The notes beneath the pieces were generated by a model that ran no database searches, was not told where the DNA came from, and saw only the letters and a program-made list of their open reading frames with translations. A stretch of DNA of 64,000 nt from an uncultured Acidobacteriota bacterium. GTDB taxonomy: Bacteria > Acidobacteriota > Vicinamibacteria > Fen-336. Positions 58,622 through 64,000 of the stretch are shown here, one piece after another. Made by a program: the position numbers and the translations under genes. The DNA lies in assembly GCA_963720545.1 (NCBI GenBank), contig OY970399.1, forward strand, positions 3,104,001 through 3,168,000, written 5' to 3'. Within the stretch, counting starts at the first letter, position 1. Each line of letters starts with the position of its first letter.

Positions 58622-59527
58622 ATGGCTATGGCGTCGCGCCCGCGGGCCCGCAAGGCCCGTGCGGGTTCGAAGGAATCGCGCGATGCCGGCCGCGGCGCCG
58701 CCATCGGCGACAGCCTCGCTGCCTACATGCGCGAGATCGCCAAGTTCGAGCCGCTGCCAAGCGACGAAGAGAAAAGCCTCGGCAGGAAGATCCAGGCGGG
58801 CGACGAAGCCGCGCTCAACAAGCTCGTCGAATCGAACCTGCGCTTCGTCGTCTCCTATGCGAAGCGCTACCGGGGCCTGGGCCTCTCGTTCCTCGACCTG
58901 ATCCACGAGGGCAACCTCGGGCTCATCGAGGCGGCGAAGCGCTTCGACCCGGAACGCAACGTGCGCTTCATTTCCTACGCCGTCTGGTGGGTCCGCCAGG
59001 CGATCTTCCACGGCCTCGCCGAGCACAGCCGCATGTTCCGCCTGCCGGAGAAGGTCTCGGGCCAGGTGTCGAAGGTGGGTTCGGTGCGTGACCGGCTGGC
59101 CGCGGAGCTGGAGCGCCAGCCGACCAACGAGGAAGTGGCGAAGGAGGCGGAGCTCACCGAGGCCGACGTCGAGAGGCTGCTGCGCGTGGCGGGCGAGGGG
59201 TTGTCGCTGTCCACCGAGGTGGGCGAGGACGGCAATATGGAGCTTGGCGACCTGATCGAACAGGACACCATCCCGCCGATCGAGATCGAGATGATCCGCG
59301 ACTCGTTCACCCGCCAGATCAAGCAGCTGCTCGAGGTGCTGGACGACAAGGAACGCGAGGTCATGCGCATGCGCTTCGGCCTCGACGGCGAAGACCCGCG
59401 GAACCTGCGCGAGATCGGCGAGTTGCTGGGCCTGTCGCGGGAACGCGTCCGCCAGATCGAAAGCAAGGCGAAGGAGAAGTTGCGCCGCAACGAAACGACC
59501 AAGGGCCTGCGCGGCTACCTGACATAA
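58622..59527 (+). CDS. Short RpoD/SigA-family (group 2-like) sigma factor
   Basis: Region 1.2 DSLAAYMREI, NLRFVVSYAKRY, DLIHEGNLGL and SRERVRQIE; no region 1.1. Confidence 0.9.
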   Translation: MAMASRPRARKARAGSKESRDAGRGAAIGDSLAAYMREIAKFEPLPSDEEKSLGRKIQAGDEAALNKLVESNLRFVVSYAKRYRGLGLSFLDLIHEGNLGLIEAAKRFDPERNVRFISYAVWWVRQAIFHGLAEHSRMFRLPEKVSGQVSKVGSVRDRLAAELERQPTNEEVAKEAELTEADVERLLRVAGEGLSLSTEVGEDGNMELGDLIEQDTIPPIEIEMIRDSFTRQIKQLLEVLDDKEREVMRMRFGLDGEDPRNLREIGELLGLSRERVRQIESKAKEKLRRNETTKGLRGYLT

Positions 59528-59531
59528 GCTC

Positions 59532-60308
59532 ATGACCCCCATGTGCGAGGACTGCGGCGGCACCGGCTTCGTCTACGTCGAGCGCAACGGCGTGACCTTC
59601 GCGCAGCCGTGCACCTGCCGGGCGCGCGTGCCGGTGAGCGGCGAGGACGCGTTCCTGAAGCTGACCCGCATCCCGCCGCGCTACCAGCACTGTTCGTTCG
59701 CCAACTTCGAGGCGTTCACCGCGCCGCTCGCCTCGGCGCTCGAGAAGTGCCTGCTGTACTGCTCCGGCTACCCGCACAGCGGCGTCACCGACCAGGGGCT
59801 CGGCCTGCTGATGAGCGGCGACAACGGCGTCGGCAAGACCCACCTGGCGGTGGCGGTGCTGCGCGAGCTGATGCAGAACAGCGGCGCCCGCGGCCAGTTC
59901 TGGGACTTCCACGCGCTGCTGCGCGAGATCCGCAACTCGTACAACCCCGAGACCCGCACCACCGAGCTGCAGGTGCTCGAGCCGGTGGTGGAGGCCGACA
60001 TCCTGCTGCTCGACGACCTCGGCGCGTGGCGCATGACCGACTGGATGGTGGACACGCTCTTCTACATCCTCAACAGTCGCTACATGGCGAAGCGGCCGAC
60101 GCTCATCACCACCAACTTCCAGGACGTCACCGCCGAGGAAGCCGCGCGCAAGGACCCCAACGAGCGCAAGGAGTTCCTGGTGGAGCGCGTCGGCCAGCGG
60201 GTGCGCTCGCGCATCATGGAGATGTGCCTCGTCATCAGGATGAACGGCCAGGACTACCGGCAGGTGCGGCAGACGTCGAACCAGGAGCTGCTGCTGCGGC
60301 GGTCGTGA
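59532..60308 (+). CDS. DnaC/IstB-like AAA+ ATPase with an N-terminal Zn-binding motif
   Basis: CEDCGGTG..CTC, Walker A GDNGVGKT, Walker B LLLDDLG and RVRSRIMEMC. Confidence 0.85.
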   Translation: MTPMCEDCGGTGFVYVERNGVTFAQPCTCRARVPVSGEDAFLKLTRIPPRYQHCSFANFEAFTAPLASALEKCLLYCSGYPHSGVTDQGLGLLMSGDNGVGKTHLAVAVLRELMQNSGARGQFWDFHALLREIRNSYNPETRTTELQVLEPVVEADILLLDDLGAWRMTDWMVDTLFYILNSRYMAKRPTLITTNFQDVTAEEAARKDPNERKEFLVERVGQRVRSRIMEMCLVIRMNGQDYRQVRQTSNQELLLRRS

Positions 60309-61468
60309 CACCCGACGCCGGATCCGGCCTCGGCCTGTACGTTCACGTCCCGTTCTGCGAAGTGAAGTGCAGCTACTGCCACTTCGCCATCGACCCTGGG
60401 CTGCCCTCGGGCGCGCGGCAGGAGCGCTACGCCGATGCCGTGCTGCTCGAGATGCAGCGGCGCGCTGCCACAGCGCCGCCGCCGCGAGACGGCGCGGCCG
60501 ACACCTTGTATTTCGGCGGCGGGACGCCGTCGCTCCTCGGCGCTCCGCACCTCGGCGCGATGGTGCAGCGGGCCCGCGACCTGTTCGCACTTCGGCCCTC
60601 GGCCGAGGTCACGATCGAAGCCAACCCCAGGGATCTCGACGATGCCGGCTATGCGGCGCTGCGCGCCGCCGGCGCCACCCGCCTCAGCATCGGACTGCAG
60701 CACTTCGATCCCGAGGTGCTGCGCGCGATGGGCCGGGCACATACCGCCGCCGACAACGCGGCGTCGTTCGCGTCGGCACGCCGCGCCGGTTTCGACAACA
60801 TCTCGATAGACCTCATCCTCGGCTGGCCAGGCGAGACCGAGGCGCGCTGGCGGCACACGCTCGAGAGCGCCCTGTCCCTGGCACCCGAGCACGTGAGCCT
60901 CTACATCCTCGAAGTGGACGGCCGCAACGTCCTGGCTCATCAGGAGCGCGCCGGCACCTTGCTGCTGCCCGACGACGACCTGGTGGCCGACCTGTACCTC
61001 GCCGCTGTCGCGCGGCTCGGCGCCGCCGGCATCGCCCGTTACGAGATCTCGAACTTCGCGCGCCCCGGACGCGAGTCGCGGCACAACGCCCGGTACTGGG
61101 CCGATCGCGAGTTCCTCGGCTTCGGGCTCTCGGCCCACAGTTATGTGGCTTTGCGCCGCTCGTGGAACGAGCCGACCTTCGGGCGGTACATGGCTGCGAT
61201 CGACGGCGGCGGAACCGGGGAAGCGGGCGCGCGCGAGCCGAGCGCCAGCGAGCGTCTCGGCGAGGCTCTCTTCACCGGCCTGCGCCGCACTGACGGCATC
61301 GACCTCGCCACCTTCGGCGAGCGCTATGGCGTCGACGTGCTCGCCGCGTATCGCGGCCCGTTCGCGGACGCCTTTGCCGCGGGCCTGCTGGAACACGTGG
61401 ACGGCCGGCTGCGCCTCACCGACAAAGGCGTGCTGCTCTCGAACGAGGTGTTTCAACGTTGCGTTTGA
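60305..61468 (+). CDS. hemW: Radical SAM heme chaperone HemW
   Basis: LYVHVPFCEVKCSYCHF, YFGGGTPS and YEISNFARPG..HNARYW. Confidence 0.88.
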   Translation: MTPDAGSGLGLYVHVPFCEVKCSYCHFAIDPGLPSGARQERYADAVLLEMQRRAATAPPPRDGAADTLYFGGGTPSLLGAPHLGAMVQRARDLFALRPSAEVTIEANPRDLDDAGYAALRAAGATRLSIGLQHFDPEVLRAMGRAHTAADNAASFASARRAGFDNISIDLILGWPGETEARWRHTLESALSLAPEHVSLYILEVDGRNVLAHQERAGTLLLPDDDLVADLYLAAVARLGAAGIARYEISNFARPGRESRHNARYWADREFLGFGLSAHSYVALRRSWNEPTFGRYMAAIDGGGTGEAGAREPSASERLGEALFTGLRRTDGIDLATFGERYGVDVLAAYRGPFADAFAAGLLEHVDGRLRLTDKGVLLSNEVFQRCV

Positions 61469-61497
61469 GTCGCATACAATTTTCGCCTGACATCCCG

Positions 61498-62829
61498 GTG
61501 CGATTACATCTCTGCCTGATCCTCGCCTTGACGGCCGTCGCCTGCGGCTCGGACCCCGCCGACCAGGAAACGCCGGATGCGGCGCGTGAGACGTCCACGG
61601 CGCCATCGGAATGGCCGATGTACGGGCACGACGCGTCGCGCACCTGCTACAACCCCGACGAACGTGCGATCACGGCCGGCAACCTCGCGAACCTCGCGCA
61701 GCGCTTCACCGCCGACCTCGGCAATGGGCGCGTGCCCTCGTCGAGCGGCCCGGTGGTCGCGGCGGGCCGCGTGTGCACCGGCAGCAGCGTCGCCACGGGA
61801 CCGAACTACTTCTGCTTCGACGCCACCAGCGGCTCGCTTCTGTGGAGCGCCGACCTCGGCCGGCTGCCTCCGGACAAGGCCGATGTCGGCATCGGCTCGA
61901 CAGCGGTCATCGCCTCTGGCGCGCTCGCGATAGGCGGCGGCGACGCCGCCTACTACCTGCTCGACGCCGCCACCGGTGCCGTGCGCTGGCGCCACGAGAT
62001 GGGTGCCGCACCCGACCCGTTCGCCTGGTCGTCGCCGCTCATCGCCAACGGCCGCGTCTACGTCGGCATCTCGGCGCACTATGAAGGCGTCGAAGGCGAG
62101 CTGCGCGCGCTGAACCTCGACGACGGCAGCATCGCGGCGCGCCGCCAGTTCGTGCCGGCGGGGCAGCGCGGCGCCGACATCTGGAATTCGCCGGCCCTCA
62201 GCCCGGACGGCAGCACCGTGCTGGTCGCGACCGGCAACGATTACGGCGGCTACGACGGGCCGTACGGCCGAGCGATGCTCGCGCTCGACCCGCTGACGCT
62301 CGAGGTGCGCGACGTGCGCCAGGAAGCGACGGCAAACCAGGACCTCGACTTCGGCACGACACCCGTCGTCTTCCGCGACGCCGCCGGCCGCGTGCTGGTG
62401 GGCGCCAACAGCAAGAACGGCACCTTCTACGCGTACGCGCTCGGCGCGCTTCACGACGGGCCGGTGTGGACGCGGGTGACGGGGCTGTCTGCCGGCGCCA
62501 TGCCCGGCTACGACCCGAACACCGGCAGCGGCGGCACGCTCTTCATCGTCGGCGACAACGGCTTGCTGTTCGGCGTCGACCCGGCGACCGGCGCCGACCG
62601 CTTCCCGCCGGTAGCGGTCGGTTTCACCACCGGCGGCCTGGCGCTCGCGAACGGCCTGGTGTTCGTCAACGTCGGCGGCGCCCTGCGCATCCTGGCCGCC
62701 GACAGCGGCCGCGTGCTGCGCACCCTGCAGCCGCCGGCGATCGGGCGCAACTTCAGCGGCCCGGCCGTAGCGAACGGCCGTGTCTACTGGGCTGCCGCCG
62801 GCATCCTCAACTCGTGGGGACTGCCGTGA
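61498..62829 (+). CDS. PQQ-binding-like beta-propeller lipoprotein
   Basis: Lipobox AVAC, WPMYGHDASRT and repeated DAxTG..W / SSP motifs; TACAAT upstream. Confidence 0.78.
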   Translation: MRLHLCLILALTAVACGSDPADQETPDAARETSTAPSEWPMYGHDASRTCYNPDERAITAGNLANLAQRFTADLGNGRVPSSSGPVVAAGRVCTGSSVATGPNYFCFDATSGSLLWSADLGRLPPDKADVGIGSTAVIASGALAIGGGDAAYYLLDAATGAVRWRHEMGAAPDPFAWSSPLIANGRVYVGISAHYEGVEGELRALNLDDGSIAARRQFVPAGQRGADIWNSPALSPDGSTVLVATGNDYGGYDGPYGRAMLALDPLTLEVRDVRQEATANQDLDFGTTPVVFRDAAGRVLVGANSKNGTFYAYALGALHDGPVWTRVTGLSAGAMPGYDPNTGSGGTLFIVGDNGLLFGVDPATGADRFPPVAVGFTTGGLALANGLVFVNVGGALRILAADSGRVLRTLQPPAIGRNFSGPAVANGRVYWAAAGILNSWGLP

Positions 62830-63320
62830 GCAAGCTGCTGCCGGTCGCTGCGCTCGCGTGCACCCTCTGCGCCTGCGGCGCCGACCCGGAGCCGCTCGCG
62901 ACCACCGCGGACAGCGCCGCGACCACCATGCAGCAAAGCGCGACGTTCGCGATGACGGTGGAGCCGACCGCCTTCAGCGTCGCGGCCGGGACGCCGCCGC
63001 CGCTGAGCGCGGCGTGGAACGTGGTGCTGCGCGAAACCAGCGGCCGCGTCGCCGGCAAGGTGAACTTCATCAACGCCACCATCCGCGACGCCCAGAGCGG
63101 CGCAGTCGCCGAGCCCGGGCACATCGTGCTCGACGCGGCCGCGATCGCCGCCGCTGCCGGCAGCAACCGCATCGCCGCCGGCGGCACGCTCGTGGTGCCC
63201 TTCAGCTTCCGGTTCTCGCTCTGGTCCGGCGGCAAGGCCGCCGTGGTGTCGATCGCCGCCGAATGCGAGGACGACACCGGCGCGGCGCAGACGACACTCG
63301 CCCAGGCCGACCTGCGCTAG
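62826..63320 (+). CDS. Hypothetical lipoprotein
   Basis: The GTG overlaps the previous stop; lipobox-like LCAC. Confidence 0.65.
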   Translation: MSKLLPVAALACTLCACGADPEPLATTADSAATTMQQSATFAMTVEPTAFSVAAGTPPPLSAAWNVVLRETSGRVAGKVNFINATIRDAQSGAVAEPGHIVLDAAAIAAAAGSNRIAAGGTLVVPFSFRFSLWSGGKAAVVSIAAECEDDTGAAQTTLAQADLR

Positions 63321-63326
63321 CGCCGT

Positions 63327-64000
63327 TCAGCGCGCGGCGTTGCGGTTGCGCAGCCGGCGCAGCGTCAGCTCGACGTCCACCATCAGCGCCTCGGTGGTGT
63401 TGTCGAGGTGGTCGAGGCCGCGGTGGAACTGGGTGTAGTCGGCGTTGCGCGGCTCCTCGGCCTCGATCAGGTTCTCGATGCGCGCCGACCACTCCATGAG
63501 GTTGTGGAGGCTGGCTTCGCCGTGCGAGTCCATGTGCGAGGTTTCGGTGGCACCGAGGTGCAGCCCGCGCAGGAACGCGCCGATCTCGCGGCGACGCTGC
63601 TTGGCGCGGTCGACGACGCTCTGGAAGGTGCGGCGCTGCGTGAGCGACACGCGTGACGGCGGCAGCGCCTCGATGGAACCGGAGTCGAAGCGCTTGGCGA
63701 ACACAGCCGCGATCTTGTCGAGCTCGCCCTTGGCGGGATCGTTCTCCGGATAGCCGCGCTTCGCCAGGATCTCGAGGACGCCGTGGCTCGGGACGGCGTG
63801 CTCGGCGGCGACCGTGCCGCGGAAGAAGTAGTGCACTTCCTCGGCGCTCAGCGGCCCGCCGGCGAGCAGCAGGTCGCCCGGTGTGAGGAACTCGCCGTTC
63901 GGCATGCGCCGCTGGTAAAGCGTGGACCGGCGCGACGCCTTCTTCGAGGCGCCGCCGCGTCCCGCCTTTGTCTTTGGCGAGGGAATCTTCTTGCCTGGGC
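63327..64000 (-). CDS. Hypothetical protein, probably 5'-truncated at the window edge
   Basis: The frame stays open upstream of 63905 to the window end, with a Lys/Pro-rich segment. Confidence 0.6.
   Translation of the reverse strand, partial: PGKKIPSPKTKAGRGGASKKASRRSTLYQRRMPNGEFLTPGDLLLAGGPLSAEEVHYFFRGTVAAEHAVPSHGVLEILAKRGYPENDPAKGELDKIAAVFAKRFDSGSIEALPPSRVSLTQRRTFQSVVDRAKQRRREIGAFLRGLHLGATETSHMDSHGEASLHNLMEWSARIENLIEAEEPRNADYTQFHRGLDHLDNTTEALMVDVELTLRRLRNRNAAR

Noticed and set aside
59532..60308. IstB of an IS21 element or a prophage replication gene
   Set aside because: There is no IstA transposase, terminal inverted repeats or phage genes, and the gene is embedded in a housekeeping operon.

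Overview
A GC-rich bacterial chromosomal window. It is most likely Acidobacteriota, possibly Vicinamibacteria; this is inferred from the PadR plus duplicated MacB-type permease pair and the Oar-type TonB-dependent receptor. In order, it holds: a sufBCDSUT-Rrf2 operon (sufB carries two +1 frameshifts); a MocR regulator; boxR-boxC-boxB without boxA; an ECF sigma locus with three matching promoters; an ~18 kb carbohydrate/polyol locus (glycoside hydrolase, PHP hydrolase, SBP-permease fusion, glpKF, TBDR, IolE-like and Gfo/Idh/MocA genes); a vanadium haloperoxidase; a desaturase; ettA; queD; and a dnaJ-hspR-sigma70-dnaC-like-hemW operon with a HAIR-like operator. No rRNA, tRNA, CRISPR array, transposase or integrase was seen. 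The most striking unexplained structure is a modular non-coding repeat element. It consists of covarying 13-bp hairpins plus conserved linkers and ends in the perfect palindrome ACTGTGTCCGGACACAGT. It occurs three times: once alone after boxB, and twice as an inverted pair tightly bracketing one orphan ORF (55358-55894). This suggests a REP-like gene-cassette capture or exchange system. Start codons were adjusted by eye. All functional calls come from motif recognition, not database searches.
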